Positions 39,421 through 53,439 of a DNA stretch of 64,000 nucleotides are shown in pieces. A model generated the notes under the pieces. It saw nothing but the letters and a program-made list of their open reading frames with translations, was not told the origin of the DNA and searched no databases. This DNA is from Lama glama (Eukaryota): the NCBI GenBank assembly GCA_028534125.1, contig CM052817.1:65598001-65662000 (forward strand), given 5' to 3'. Numbering within the stretch: the stretch's first letter is position 1; every line of letters starts with the position of its first letter. The position numbers and the translations under genes are program-made.

Positions 39421-40694
39421 CTTTTATCATCGAGAATCCCACTATGTACCTACACAAAAGCTTCTAACAATAAGGATGTTACTATTTAGCTAGATAGAAT
39501 CCACAATTTCAGAAGGAATCTGATATGTTAACCTATACAGGTCCTCATATTCAACTTATTCTTCAAAAAGGAAGGACAAGTCAAAGCAAGTCTTGGCATA
39601 TTCTCAGCACGAGAAGGATTCCACTGCAGTTTTCTACCCCATGACTGGAGGCCAGTCCTCTCTCCAGAAACAAGGCTGCTCTAGAACCATCCATCTCCTT
39701 CAAGACTATTAAAGACATGATTCTCATTCTTAATCTCTTCTGTAGACCACCCTATAAGACGACTGAATTTTCACTGGCTCAAAGGCTTTGAGACAAGTTT
39801 TATAGTATTAAAACTAAAATGTGCAAGATCAACCCTTGCTTGTAAACACTTTGTAGTTACGTATGCTTCCTGGGCAGCTTAGGGGTAGTCTGTATGTAAC
39901 TCTTGATACTTGCTTTCTTTTCCTTACTACACAAAGTGAGATGCCCCCCAAACAACTGTAATGCACTGGGTTTCCTCTCCCTAACCCAGTATCTGCCTCT
40001 CCCCAAACTTCTCCACTATGCCTTCTGAGACCCTCATTCCAGGACAAACTCTCTTACATATGTACCCTTTTCATAATTTATTCTCTGCAGAGCTTGGCCT
40101 TAAAAATGGGGGGGGGGTCCTTCCAATGAATATACTATACTTCTTTTTTTATCATATTTTCTCATATTTCACAATTTTATTGACTTCTATTGCTGCCTGT
40201 ATACCATTCTGCTACATTTTACTAAAAATTATTTTTGAAGGCTATCAGTTGGCTGTAGCAATCACCATGCTACCTTCATTATTTCTGTACAACCATTTGG
40301 TAGCTCTGTCTCCACTTTCATTGAATATGATGGAATCTGGCTCATAGTTTTGCTTTTCAGCCTGAACGTTACAGTTATCCTTGGCACTTTCTATGTCCTT
40401 TTTCATCCTTATAGGTCGGCATTCAGAAATTGGCCATAGTTACAGGTTTCATTTTCCTAGCAGCAATTCTGCCATTTGATCAATTGTGCATAGATCATGA
40501 CTTCCTCTGCTTTTCCAAGCATATGACCACTCCATAGCTTCTGTGTTCCAACTTCCATAATGTCAAACCCTAATAGAGATAACACGATTGCCTCACGTTG
40601 ATCACAGGACACCACTGGTACATCAAATTATGGTGGGGGTGAGTGGTCTGAGCAGTGCAGAAGGGAGGAAGAAAGACAACTCAAATACTACCAG

Positions 40695-41290
40695 CTACAG
40701 TGTCACCTCTCTACTTGAAATCTTTTATTTGTTCCCTGTCTGTGGCCGTTAGGAAAAGTCTAAATTTCTAAGTACAAAATCCAAGCCCCTTTGTGATTTG
40801 ACCACTGCTTCTGTCTCCAGCCTTGTCACTTTCTCCTCTACCTACCTTTCACTTTTCAGCAATCCCACCCTCTTTTGGATTTCTGAACACAATGGGATTT
40901 CTTTTGCTTTGTGGTTTTTCCCTTGTTGATTACTTCTTGGCTGGTATTTTTACCTCCCTTCTTTGCAAGCCCCTCCCCTTCCTTGCAATCATAATTCAAG
41001 TGGGGTCTTTTGAAAGCCTTTAATAAATATCTTTTCCCTTTTCTCTTCACAGGCAGAAGCAACCTGCTGGCACCCTCAGCACCTTGCACAACTTTGTATC
41101 ATATCTGCTATCACATAATATTGTAGTTTCTAATTTCTTGTGTCTCTTCTGTACTGTATCTGGTTGTACACTTGAGTAAGCTCTTTGAGGGTAAAGTATT
41201 TGTTCTTCATAATTCTCTCTGTGGCATCTAGTATCTAGCAAAGTGCCTGGTATTTAGCATACACTCAATAAATGTTTGTTGAAAGGAAAG
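40695..41290 (+). mobile_element. L2 3' region
   Basis: Ends 'tctagcaaagtgcctggtatttagcatacactcaataaatgtttgttgaa'. Confidence 0.85.
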
Positions 41291-43123
41291 GAAGAAAAGA
41301 AAAGGAAGAGAGTAGAATGACTCATGACAGGCATCTCATCATCAATTGATGGAAACTGCTACTATCTGGTATAATTTTATGTGAATTGGAATTAGGGAAT
41401 TATAATATAAGCATAACAGTTATGTAAATATGGTCCTCCTTAAACTGCCCAGAGTGCATAAATAAAATCAGAGTCTACTCTGAACTGTCCTTTAAGATTC
41501 ACAACTTAAATAGCCCAACAGCATTGCTCAGGGAGGTAGGGCCAAAAAATCAAACATCTTCCCACTTAGACATTTGCTGTCTTTGAAAATGTAATAATGC
41601 CTATTAGATACCAAAATATAGTTGATGAACAGTTGCTTTTGTGGCTTATTGTCAAAGTTGAATTTTTTTAAGAATGTATTCTATGATTACTAAGAACTGG
41701 ACCAAGAGTATAGAGTTATTTCAAATATTGAAAGTTACAAAATAAATACACATGAGCTCTGCCCAATTGTTTTCCAGAGGGAAAAAGGCAGTAGTTCAAA
41801 TATCATGTGTTAAATAAACTTTTCAAAAGATAAGATTGACAGATACAAATACATAACAATAGGTTTTAAACCTATCCATCTATGTTCAGAATTGCCTGTT
41901 AGACTTTTGTAAAACAAAACAAAACAAAAACAAAAAGGTGTTTTGCAGCAGCAACACTGTTCTCAATGTACTAAATCATCACCTTGTCTACCATCAATCT
42001 AAATCACTGAGCTCCTCTTGGGAACCCAGCACATCTTTCTCCTCCACTCTATCCCAGTTGCACATTATTTCAAACACTGTTGTTCCTATTTGGAGTACAA
42101 TTCACACTCTATCTCTATGGCTGTGTGATACTCAGAACTGTCTAGACTGTGCCTAGTCTCGCCATGGTCCTTTGAGAACTATCATAACCATCGGTTCAAT
42201 ACCTAAGTCTTAGCTCACTAACATTAAGCCTGTATCCACGTCGCTCAGAGGGCTATTGATTGCAGCTTTTGATCATTTTATTTCAAATGGACTTCTCAAC
42301 TGCTATTCTGGTCATCTCACTCATCTTCTAAACTAACTGGAATAGCCTAATCTGCTATTATTGCCACTATCTTTTTTTTCCTTCTGTTTTTCCTTTTATG
42401 TCATGCAAAATGGCATAATGTGTGGGGTGCCTGCCAAAGAAGGGACTTAAGGAGCATTATGAGAATCCCACAATTGCCCAGAGAGATCTGACTTGGCAGG
42501 TTACAGATGTAGCCATGGGTGCCAAGACACAATAACCCATTTATTCTCCAGTGCTGACTCACCTGTGAAAGGACTGCATCATGCATAGCTGCCACCATGA
42601 GAGTCCTGAGGATTTGTGTAACCACATCCTCCTCCAACTGATTTATACCCAAAGTGACAGACCTTGGCAAAGCTAAAGCAAATGTTCTAACCAAAGGCAA
42701 GTGGAGTAGGAAGCAGTGCAAATCAAGAGGGAAGGAAAACATCCTCAATTCAGCTATCATGCTAACCAGCCACTTTGGGTTCTGCTTTGCTACACTGTCA
42801 TTTCCACAGCTACCAAAACTGGGCAACATTTCTACCCTTTCTCTAGTGCTAACAGGGATGAGCAGGACTATTTTGAAGGTTCAGCTGCTTCTCAGGCTTG
42901 GTAAACAAACAAACTAACTAACAAAAACTACATGGAATAAATTATGTGGCTATGATCTGTCCCTATTCTTTGAGTGCAAAATACTCAACAAAGATAATAT
43001 ACACAACATTTTCATGTGTTTTTTGTGTATATTTATAAGTAATGATGGCAAACTTTTCAAATAAAAATGATAAGGAGAAAACTGGAATTTTCAGGATTAA
43101 TATCCTCTATTAAAAGACATAAT

Positions 43124-46100
43124 TAAAAGCAATATACGAGATCTAGGGGATAATATAAGGGATCCCAATCTCCACATAATAGCGATCCCACAAGGAGAAG
43201 AAAGAAAAAAGAGATCAAAAATGTACTTGAAGAAACTATGGCTGAAAACTTCCCAAACCTGAAGAAGGAAACAGATACCCAGGTCCAAGAAGCACAGAAG
43301 GTAACATACAAGATGAATCCAAACAGACTTACACACCAAGATATATTATAATTAAAATGGCAAAGGTTAAAGAGAGGACTCTAGAGGCAGCAAGAGAAAA
43401 ACACAGAGTTAGTTACAAGGGAATATTGTGAAAACGAAGAAAAACTACTGTGAACAACAAAAGGATGTTCATAAAGACATGAAAGACATAAAAACATAAA
43501 GACATGAAAGAGGACATCAAAATCATAAAATGTAGGTGAGGGGAGTAAGAATGTGTAGTTTTTTCTTTTTTTTTAAAGAATGTGTTTGAGCCAATATGAC
43601 TACCAGTCTAAAGCAAGTACATACAGTAATGGGTTAACATACTTGAAAAAAAAGAAAGGTATCACAAATCAAAAACATGCAATAGATTCATAAAAGCCAA
43701 AAAAGAAGAGAACACAAGCATAATACAAAAGTAAATAACCAAGCCACAAAATGAAAAAGATAAAAAAAAAAAGGAACAAAGAAGAAATACAAAAATCAAC
43801 TGGAAAACAGGTTTAAAATGGCATTAAATACGTATCTATCAATAATTGCCTTAAATGTCAATGGACTAAATGCTCCAACCAAAGACAGAGTGACAGATTG
43901 GATAATAAAACAAGAGCCCACAATATGCCACCTATAAGAGACCCACCTTAGGACAAAGGCCACCTAAAGATTGAAAGTGAAGGGATGGAAAGATATTTCA
44001 TGCAAATGGAAATGACAAGAAAACAGGGTAGCAATATTCATATCAGATAAAGTAGATTTTAAAATGAAAACCATAAAGAAAGATACTATTTAATGATAAA
44101 AAGATCAATAAAAAGAGGATATTATATTCATTAGCATACATAGCAAATGTTATATTAACATTACTTATTAGAAGCACTCAATATAGGAGCACCTAAATAC
44201 ATAAAACAAATATTAGTAGATATAAAGGGAGAAATGGATGGGATTACAATAATAGTAGGAAATTTTAGCACCCCGCTGACATCAGTGGACAGATCTTCCA
44301 GACAGAAAAATCAGTAAGGCAACAGAGATCCTACATGACACAACAGAACAGTTAGATTTAATTGATATTTTCAGTACATTACATTAAAAAAAAACAGAAT
44401 AAACATTCTTTTCAAGTGTACATAGGATATTATCTAGGATAGTCCACATACTATGAAATAAAACATTTCTCAACAAATTTAAGAGAACAGAAATTATTTC
44501 AAGCATCTTTTCTAATCACAACGGCATGAAACTAGAAACTAGATCTCAATTACAGATAAAGAAATGAGAGGGAAAAATGATTACATGGAGACTAAACAAT
44601 GTGCTACTGAAAAACCAATGGGTCAGTGAGGAAATCAAAGAGGAAATTTAAAATATAACTTGAGACAGATAATAATGAAAGCACAATCACACAAAATCTA
44701 TGGGATACAGCAAAAGCAGTTCTTCGAAGGGAGTTGATAGAGATACAGGCCTTCCTCAAAAAAACAAGAAAAATCTCAAACAAACAACCTAACCTACCAC
44801 CTAAAAGAACTGGAAAAAGTCAGGAAAGCCTAAAGTCAGCAGAAGTAAGGAAATAATAAAGATCAGGGAGGAAATAAATAAAATAGAGATTTTTAAAAAA
44901 TAATAGAAAAAAATCAATAAAACCAAGAGCTGGTTCTCTGAAAGAGTAAACAAAATCAGCAAACCTCTGGCCAGGCTCATCAAGAAGAAAAGAGAGAGGA
45001 CCCAAATAAACAAAATAAATAAAGGAGGAGAAATAACAACTGATACCACAGCAATACAAAAATTCAAAAGAGAATACTATGAATGATTGTATGCCAACAA
45101 ATTGGACAACCTAGAAGAAATGGACAAGTTTCTAGAAACATACAGCATACCAAAACTGAATCAAGAAGAAATAGATCATCTGAACAGACCAATCACTAGA
45201 AGTGAAATAGAATCTGTGATTTAAAAAAAACTTCCTGCAAACAAAAGTCCTGGACCAGATGGCTTCAGTGGGGAATTTTATCAAACATACAAAGAAGAAT
45301 TTATACCAATTCTTCTCAAACTCTTCCAAAAAACTGAAGTGGAGGGAACACTCCCAAACTCATTCTATGAAGCTACCATCATTCTGATACTAAAACCAAA
45401 GACACTACCAAAAAAGAAAATTACGGGCCAATATCTTTGATGAATGTGAATGCAAAAATTCTCAAATATTAATTAGCAAACTGAATCCAACAACACATAG
45501 AAAAGATCATACACCATGATTAAGTTAGAGTCATCCCAGGGTCACAAGGATGATTCACATGTAAATCAGTCAATGTGATAACACAAGATCAACAAAAGAA
45601 AAGACAAAAATGACATGATCATCTAAATAGATGCAGAAAAAGCATTTGATATAATTCAACATCTATTCATGATTAAAAATACTCTTACCGAAGTGGGTGT
45701 AGAGGAACATATCCCAACATAATGAAAGCTATTTGTGATAACCCACAACCACCATAATATTCAATGGTGCAAAGCTGAAAGCCTCCCTGCTAAAATCTGG
45801 AACAAGACAAGAATACCCCTTCTCATCACTTCTATTAAATATAGTATTTGAAGTCTTAGCCACAGCAATCAAACAAGAAAATGAAATAAAAGGGATCCAA
45901 ATTGGAAGAGAAGACATAAAATTGTCATTATATGCAGATGATATGATACTACATATAGAAAACCCTGAAGACTTCACACAAAAACTACTAAAACTGATAA
46001 ACAAATTCATCAGGGTAGCAGGACACAAGATTAACATACAGAAATCTGTTGCATTTCTTAACATTAACAATGAGATATCAGAAAAATAAAGTTAAAAAAA

Positions 46101-47960
46101 ATCCCTTTTAAAATTGCATCAAAACATAAAATACTTAGGAATAAACCTGACCAAGAAGGTGAAAGACTTACACACTGAGAACTATAAAACATCAATAAAG
46201 GAAATCGAAATGATTTAAAGAAATGGAAAGATATCCCATGCTCTTGGATTGGAAGAATTAATATTGTTAAAATGGCCATACTACCCAAAGCAATCTACAG
46301 ATTTAACACAATTCCCATGAAATTACTCAGTACATTTTTCATAGAACTAGAACAAGTAATCCTAAAATCCACATAGAATCACAAAAGTCCCAGGATTTCC
46401 AAAGCAATACTGAGGAAAAAGAACAAAGCCGTAGACATAACCATATGCGGCCTCCATGAGGAGGCCTTCAGACAACACTAAAAAGCTACAGTAATCAAAA
46501 CAGTATTGTGTAGTATTGGAACAAAAACAGACACATGGATTAATGGAACCGAACAGAGAGTCCAGAAATAAGCCCACAGACTTAGGCTCAATTAATCTTT
46601 GACAAAGGAGGTAAGAATATACGATGGAAAAAAAGACAGTCTCTTTGACAAGTGGTTTTGGGAAAGCTGGACAGCTGCATGTAAATCAATGAAGTTAGAA
46701 CACTCCCTCACATCATATATAAAATAAACTCAAAATGGCTTAAAGACTTAAGTTTGAGACATGATCTCATAAAACTCCTAGAAGAGAACATAGGCAAAAC
46801 ATTCTCTGACATAAATAGTTAAAAAAAAAAAGGCAATAGAAATGAAAGCAAAAATAAACAAATGGGATCTAATAAAATTTGTAAGCTTTTGCACAGCAAA
46901 GGAAAGCATAAACAAAACAAAATGACAACCTACAGAATGGGAGAAAATATTTGCAAAAGATGTGACTGACAATGGCTTAATTTCCAAAATATACAAACAG
47001 CTCATACAATTCAATAACAAAAAAAACAAACAACCCAAACAAAAATGGGCAGAAGACATAAATAGACATCTCTCCAAAGAAAACATACAGATGGGCAACA
47101 GACACATGAAAAGATGATCAACATAGCTAAGAGAAATGCCAATCAAAACTACAATAAGGTATCACCTCACACCAGCCAGAATGACCATGAGTAAAAAGTC
47201 TACAAATGATAAATGCTGGAGATGGTGTGGAGAAAAGAGAACCTACACTGTTGGTGGTAATATAAATTGGTACATCCACTATGGATAACAGTATGGAGGT
47301 TTCTTTAAAAACTCAAAAATAGAGTTGCCATATGATCCAGCAATCCCATTCCTGGGCATATATCTAGAGAAAACTATAATTCAAAAAGATACATGCACCC
47401 CTCACAGCAGCACTATTTACAAAAGCCAAGAGATGGAAGCAACCTAAATGTCTATCAACAGATGAATGGATAAAGAAGATGTGGTATCTATATACAATGG
47501 AATACTATTCAGCCATAAAAAATGAAATAATGCCATCTGCAGCAACATGGATGGACCTAGAGATTATCATACTAAGTGAAGTAAATCAGAAAGAGAAAGA
47601 CAAGTATCATATAATGTAACTTATATGTGGATTCTTAAAAAATGACACAAATGAACTTATCTACAAAACAGAAACAGACTCACAGACATAGAAAACAAAC
47701 TTATGGTTACCAAAGGGAAAAGGGGGTCAGGGAGAGATAAATTAGAAGTTTGGTATTAGCAGATATAAACTACTAATGTATAAAATAGATAAACAACAAG
47801 GTCCTACTATATAGCACAGGGAACTATATTCAATATCCTGTAATAAAACATAATGGAAAAGAATATGAAAAAGAATACATATATATACATATATATATGA
47901 ATTACTTTGCTGTACACCAGAAACTAACACAACATTGTAAATCAACTGTACTTCAATAAA
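43124..47960 (+). mobile_element. 4.8-kb 5'-truncated LINE-1 (partial ORF1, disrupted ORF2, 3'UTR)
   Basis: ORF1 remnant (…MAENFPNL…), ORF2 start near 43818 with an LNVNGLN motif, RT YADD at 45931-45942, C-terminal and 3'UTR sequence. Perfect 12-bp TSD aaaagacataat at 43112-43123 and 47961-47972 after a TT|AAAA site. Many stops and frameshifts. Confidence 0.97.
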
Positions 47961-48471
47961 AAAAGACATAATCTGATAGGTAAAGGGAGAATTCTACATG
48001 TTTTTACTGGGAGTATCATTTCACAAATATTGCTGGCAACCTACTTTCTTTCAAGCAATTAATAATATAGTAGATAAACTGTCATCTTTACTACTTGTCT
48101 CAACAGAATGTTTTATGACAAATACATGTTCTATGATAAACATATCACACACATATCTATTCAAAACATGATAAATTAAAGAGTTCCTTATTTAAAATTT
48201 TATATTTATGAAAATAACTCTTTCAGTATAAGTCATAATGCCTAAGAAGCATTCACTGAGGCCTTACCATGTGCAAGGCATTATGTATAAAGCATTTATT
48301 AATGGCTACAAGGAATTTATAATCTACTGATGAGAAAGTGACACATGTATTCTTCATTTAATATTTTTGATAAATGCTGTTGGAATATAAAGCTACTTAA
48401 TTGTGAAATATCCTCTTAACTAGAATGCTGATAAATATATATAAACAGTGTATGGTGGTACACTGCCGGGG

Positions 48472-48497
48472 GTGTGTGTGTGTGTGTGTGTGTGTGT
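48472..48497. repeat. (GT)n microsatellite, ~13 units
   Basis: Seen directly. Confidence 0.97.
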
Positions 48498-48519
48498 ATT
48501 TCTGCTATATTCTCAGTCC

Positions 48520-48814
48520 TGTCTAATCCAATAAAGAGTAAAATTTGTACCTAGACATACAGAGGAAAGATAGTCATGTGAATAGAGACAGAGACTAGAG
48601 TTATGCTATGACACAATAGAGAGGGCCAAGGACTACAAGAAGCTAGGAGAGACTAGGAACGACTCATTCCTAGAGACTTGGAAGAAAATATTACCCCTGC
48701 CAACATCTTGATTTCAGACTTCTGGCCTCCATAACTGTGAGAGAATAAATTTCCATTGCTTTAAGCCATCCAGTCTGCAGTATGATTTCCAGGCAGCTCT
48801 AGGAAGCTAACATA
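48520..48814 (+). mobile_element. MaLR LTR fragment (MLT1-type)
   Basis: 'ctgccaacatcttgatttcagacttctggcctccataactgtgagagaataaatttccattgctttaagccatccagt...gcagctctaggaagctaacata'. Confidence 0.88.
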
Positions 48815-49499
48815 TCCAGCTAAATGGTATATGCATTCACAAATACCCACTGTAATGGGCAAAAGATCGAGGGTCATGAATGCTATAGGGATATACATAC
48901 AAAGTACCTTGGCAGTCCAAGGAGAGATGATTCCTGATGAGAGAATTAGAAAGATTCAAAGTAGAAGTGGCCTTTGCAGTTGACCTTCATGGATAGATAG
49001 CATTCTAAATGGAAGAAGATGCCAGCTTTTACCTTCTGTCGGCTATAAGCATTGATGCTTCCTTCCAAAGGCTCCATAACATCTACTTCCTGAGGTTACC
49101 CTGACTAAATGTGAACAAATATTAACAGTACTATTTCCAGCAGAAGTTGGGGTAGGGAACTGGTATTGCTGCCTTGAGTCAAGTTGCTTGGAATGAGCTG
49201 TGGGTCCCTAAGTAGAGCAGCCTTCTCTCATCTCCTTGACCTAAGCTTATAACAAGACTTTTGTCTTGGTCTCTTGCTTTGTAATTCATCTCCACTGCTA
49301 CGTTTTGAATCCTTTCCTGAATCCTGTTGAACTTGTCTGGGAATCAGATACCTTATACAATTTTTGTTGGATTTTCAACAAGAAACTGGACCCCTTTCCT
49401 TCAACCAACATTTGCTGGAAGAGTCCTACTCCAAATAGATTAATGACTGTCATGACGCCAAGCTCTGAGGAGCACCACTGTAATGGCACTTATCTGTCT

Positions 49500-49998
49500 T
49501 GTGACAGGCAGAATAATCGTCCCATAAAGATGTCCAAATCCTAATCCCTAGAATCTTCGAATATGTTTTTACCTGTCAAAGGGCAATTAATATTGAAGAT
49601 ATAATTATCTGGCCTTGAGATAGGGGAGATTATCCTGGATTATCCAGATGGGCCAGATGTAATCACAATGGTCCTTGTAAGTCAAAGAAGGAGAAAGGAG
49701 AGTTGGTGTCAGAGTGACGCAGCATGAGAAAGACTCGACCAGTCATTGCTGGTTTTGAGGATGGAGTGGAGTCACAAGCCAAGGAATGCAAGTGACCTCC
49801 AGAATCTGGGGAAGGCAGGGAAATAAATTTCACTCTAGAATCTCCAGAAGGAATGCAGCTCTACTGTCACTTTGATTTTAGATCAATGAAATCCTTTTCT
49901 GAATTCTGACTTCAACAACTGTAAGACAGTGTACTTGTGTAGTTTTAAGCCACCATGTTTATGGTAATTTGACACAACAGCAATTGGAAACAAATATA
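49500..49998 (+). mobile_element. MaLR solo LTR (MLT1D-like), near full length
   Basis: Starts 'tgtgacaggcagaataatcgtcccataaagatgtccaaatcctaatccc', internal 'gggagattatcctggattatccagatgggccagatgtaatcaca', ends 'cagcaattggaaacaaatata'. Confidence 0.9.
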
Positions 49999-50109
49999 CT
50001 TCCTTTCCACAAAACAGATCTTAGAATATCAAAGCTAGCTTGCTTTTGTGAGTTACCATGTTTTTTTGGTTTCCCAAAATTGGGGGAAAATATAATTTGT
50101 GGATAATAT

Positions 50110-50320
50110 CATTGGTTTTGGAATTCAACAAAGTAAAGGGGAAAATTCTGCCTCATTTATTACTGACAATAGGGCCCTAATTAATGACTTGATTTCTCTG
50201 TGCTCATTTTCATGATCTGTTTAATGAGGATAATACTTTTCTCATCAGGCTGGTTTGAGGATTAATTGAAATAATGTATGTAAGGTGCCTTACTTAGTGT
50301 ATGGCAAATGTTATGAATTA
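50110..50320 (+). mobile_element. MIR SINE
   Basis: 'tctctgtgctcattttcatgatctgtttaatgaggataatac...gaggattaattgaaataatgtatgtaaggtgcct'. Confidence 0.75.
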
Positions 50321-51145
50321 TTCAGGATTTCTCCATGCCTTTGGCTTCAGAAGTAAGCTCTCCTGTCAGGTTGGTGTAGGGATATTAGACAACATGAGTA
50401 GAAAAGTAGTTTGAAGCCATGTCAGGAAGTCTCTTTCATCACACACTGCTAAGGAGTCATGATTTAACTTGGTAAGCAAGGAGTGTCATTTAAATTTATA
50501 ATGCTTCTTGTTTCAAAAATAGTACAACCTATAGGCTTGTATAGATACTAAGAAAAAAGTAATAAGTCATATCTATTCCAAAAACAAAGACTGAGAGTCA
50601 ATTTCCTCTCAGTTTCTTTACAATGTGGGGAGAAGACTATCAATAGTGATAAAGCAGATAGATATAAATTGAAAAGCACAATAATTGGGAGGACTCTTAT
50701 TCTTCGGGAAAGATCCGGTCTATCTACCTGGAAGTCGTTTTCCCTATCCCCATCTCCCCCTCATGTTTAAAAACACGTCTTCAACAACGTGGAAACAATC
50801 TCATAGATGTTGCTTTTCCAAAGGCTTTTTGAACCATCTAGTCTTCCTTGTTTCATCCTGTTCCCTTACTAATACTTCCTGCACCTTTGGGGAAAAACTC
50901 CACTTCTCAAGAAGTAAATGAAGAGAAAGTGGTGGTATTTCATTTCAACATGAGAGATATAGATCTCCCAATTAAATCTCCACGGGTCAGGACAGAAAGA
51001 GGATTCGCTTTTAGAACAGCAAATATGGTACACAAAAATGATTGCAGGTTTTCATGTCTTCACAATTTTAAAGTGTCAGAGAGCTAAGCACTGTGGATCA
51101 GGAAAAAATTCAAATTCTAGGCCAAGAGAATCACATTTAGAATTC

Positions 51146-51627
51146 TGATATTTGAATAAGTTTGTGTCCTCCAAAAATATATATTAAAGTCTTAACCTCC
51201 AGTACCTCAGAATGTGACCTTATTTGCAACAACCTTAATAGAGTTGTAGCAGATATAATTAGCTAAGTTAATGCAAGGTCATATTGAGATACGGTGAACA
51301 CCAGATCCAATATATGTCCTTATAAGAGGAAAGGAGACATGCACAACAAAATGAAGTGGAGGAAGCAGCCAAAGAGGTTAGTTCAGATTAAGTTCAGCGC
51401 ATCCTACAGGGAAATCTGTAAGGTAAATGATAGGTGTCCCACCCCAAAACAAAGGGACTGGACTTTTGTATTCCCAAATAGGATCCTGTGCTTTCCTTGG
51501 TGAGCCAAAGCTGATCTAAGAGAAAGAGACAGTTGTTCGCTATTAGCAGTCAATACTCAGCAGCTGGGGATTGGTACAGCATCTAGTAAAGGGAACCTGG
51601 TGAGGATACCAAAGGTGTCTACTACAA
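51146..51627. mobile_element. MLT1 LTR 5' fragment (+, ~51146-51345) abutting an ERVL-type LTR fragment (-, ~51350-51627)
   Basis: 'agtcttaacctccagtacctcagaatgtgaccttatttg', then '...gtaaagggaacctggtgaggataccaaaggtgtctactaca'. Confidence 0.65.
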
Positions 51628-52113
51628 TGAATATGGGATGGAGATTGGAAATTTAACCTAACAATTGTCGGCATTCTTTAAGAAGACACTAGGAAAATTG
51701 GGACAGAAACAATACGTAAAGACAAAATAAAGTAATAAAAACTATCCTGAATCTTTTTTTAAAAATCCACACAATTTTAAAAGGGTAACTAAATTCTTAG
51801 CAAAACATTTGGAATTAAAATCCAACTAAAATATTCTAGCAAAATTTTAAATGTAGAAGACAAATATCCACAAGTCCTTAGGAAAAGAAAAAAGATTCTT
51901 TTTCCTCACGAGTGAATGGAAATCAGATTGATTTCAGAATTCTAAGAGTATCACTTATCAGAGGACAACGGATCACCACCTACAGAATCTGGGACTTTTT
52001 AAAAAGCATGTTTTTGGCTAATTAGGCTAACAGTTATCTTTTATATACTATAACAATATAAAACATTTTACCATATTCAAGAAATATTTACAAAATATAA
52101 CATGTAAATCACA

Positions 52114-52635
52114 TGTATTACTTGGATGCTTTTGGCTGCAAGTAATGTCAACAATAACTATAGCAACAAAACTGGACAGTATGATAAGCTTGGGTAGTAT
52201 GATAATAAAATATCCAGAAGTATGGTAAATCTTAAATTGGATAATTCAGCATCTCTGTAACATTAAGGACTCAAATCCTTTCCATTTTCTCTATGGCTGT
52301 TCCATCTTATTCATAGTCTAATTTCCATCTTAGTCACAAAACTTGTGTACCAGGTAAAAAAGACGAGAAGTTATTGTTCCCTGTGTATCTATTACAGGCA
52401 CAGAATCATCTCCCAGAAGGTTCTGAGCATACTTACACATTTGTTGACCAGAATTAGGTCATGTGTGTTTGTTTTTCCTTCATAAACCAGTTATTTGCAA
52501 AGGGAATATATGGGTGCCATGATTTACTTAAACCAAGAAGGATGGATGCCTGCACAAAATCATGTGTTTGTCAAAAAAAAAAAAGATCAATGGGGAGGCA
52601 TGGAAAGGATTCAAGTAGGCAACCAACAATCTCTG
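52114..52635 (-). mobile_element. Old MaLR LTR (MLT1J/K-like)
   Basis: Starts 'tgtattacttggatgcttttggctgcaagtaa', with internal 'gaccagaattaggtcatgtg'. Confidence 0.6.
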
Positions 52636-52939
52636 TTAGATTGTCTTTCTGGAAAAAAATGCATGAAGTTGTCTTTTAACTCAACAGGAGATGAATCATT
52701 AAAATCTCAAAAAGTGTAAAGATGTTAGAAAAACTGAAAGTTTCTTTTCTATTCACTCTAGACCCAAATTAATTTATTCAGTTGGGTTACACTCTGACAA
52801 GTAGATGCTCACTTAGTTGTTGTTTTTTTCTGTTCAACAAATGTTTATTGAGCTGATGATATCACCAGACATTATACTAGGTACTAGGAACACAGCAATA
52901 AGCAGACACATGCTTACTGTTTTGATCGACTCTCCACTC

Positions 52940-53430
52940 TGTTGATGAAGGAGAGATTCTTGCCCTAGGGTTATGGGTATGGCTGAATACGTGGCATCTG
53001 ACACTGGACAGATGAGATCAGCAGCAGGTTTTAGTCACATACACTCACAGCCTGGCGGAGGAGCACACCTCACGCTGAGCAGGATTGCCCAGCGGTTGCC
53101 CTCAATGACAGAGTGAACAAGCAGAGGCTGGGGAAGGCATGCTCTTGTGGTAACTACAGCATGAGATGCCCTCTTCTTCCCCGGGAAGGATGTAATTGGC
53201 TAGTTTGAATAATTCCATGGACTGGCAGAGAACTGAAGCCCACTACTTAGGTAGGGATAAGCATGCACTGTGCCTGGTTGCAGTAATAAAGACGGTTGTT
53301 TGGCTGGGGAGGTCTTATCTGCAGGAGCACAATGGGAAGGTGAACTTGAGGTTAGGTCGTTAGAGGCCCTCCCAGTTTCAGATGTCAAGGCAGCACACAA
53401 TATTAATTTTAGGCCTTATATCACACTTTC
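52940..53430 (-). mobile_element. ERV LTR (MER76-like)
   Basis: 'gacactggacagatgagatcagcagcaggttttagtcacatacactcacagcc', 'gattggctagtttgaataattcc'-like segment. Family name recalled, not verified. Confidence 0.55.
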
Positions 53431-53439
53431 AAATAATTT

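Noticed and set aside
44801..47969. Several minus-strand ORFs of 65-122 aa
   Set aside because: Antisense frames of the L1.
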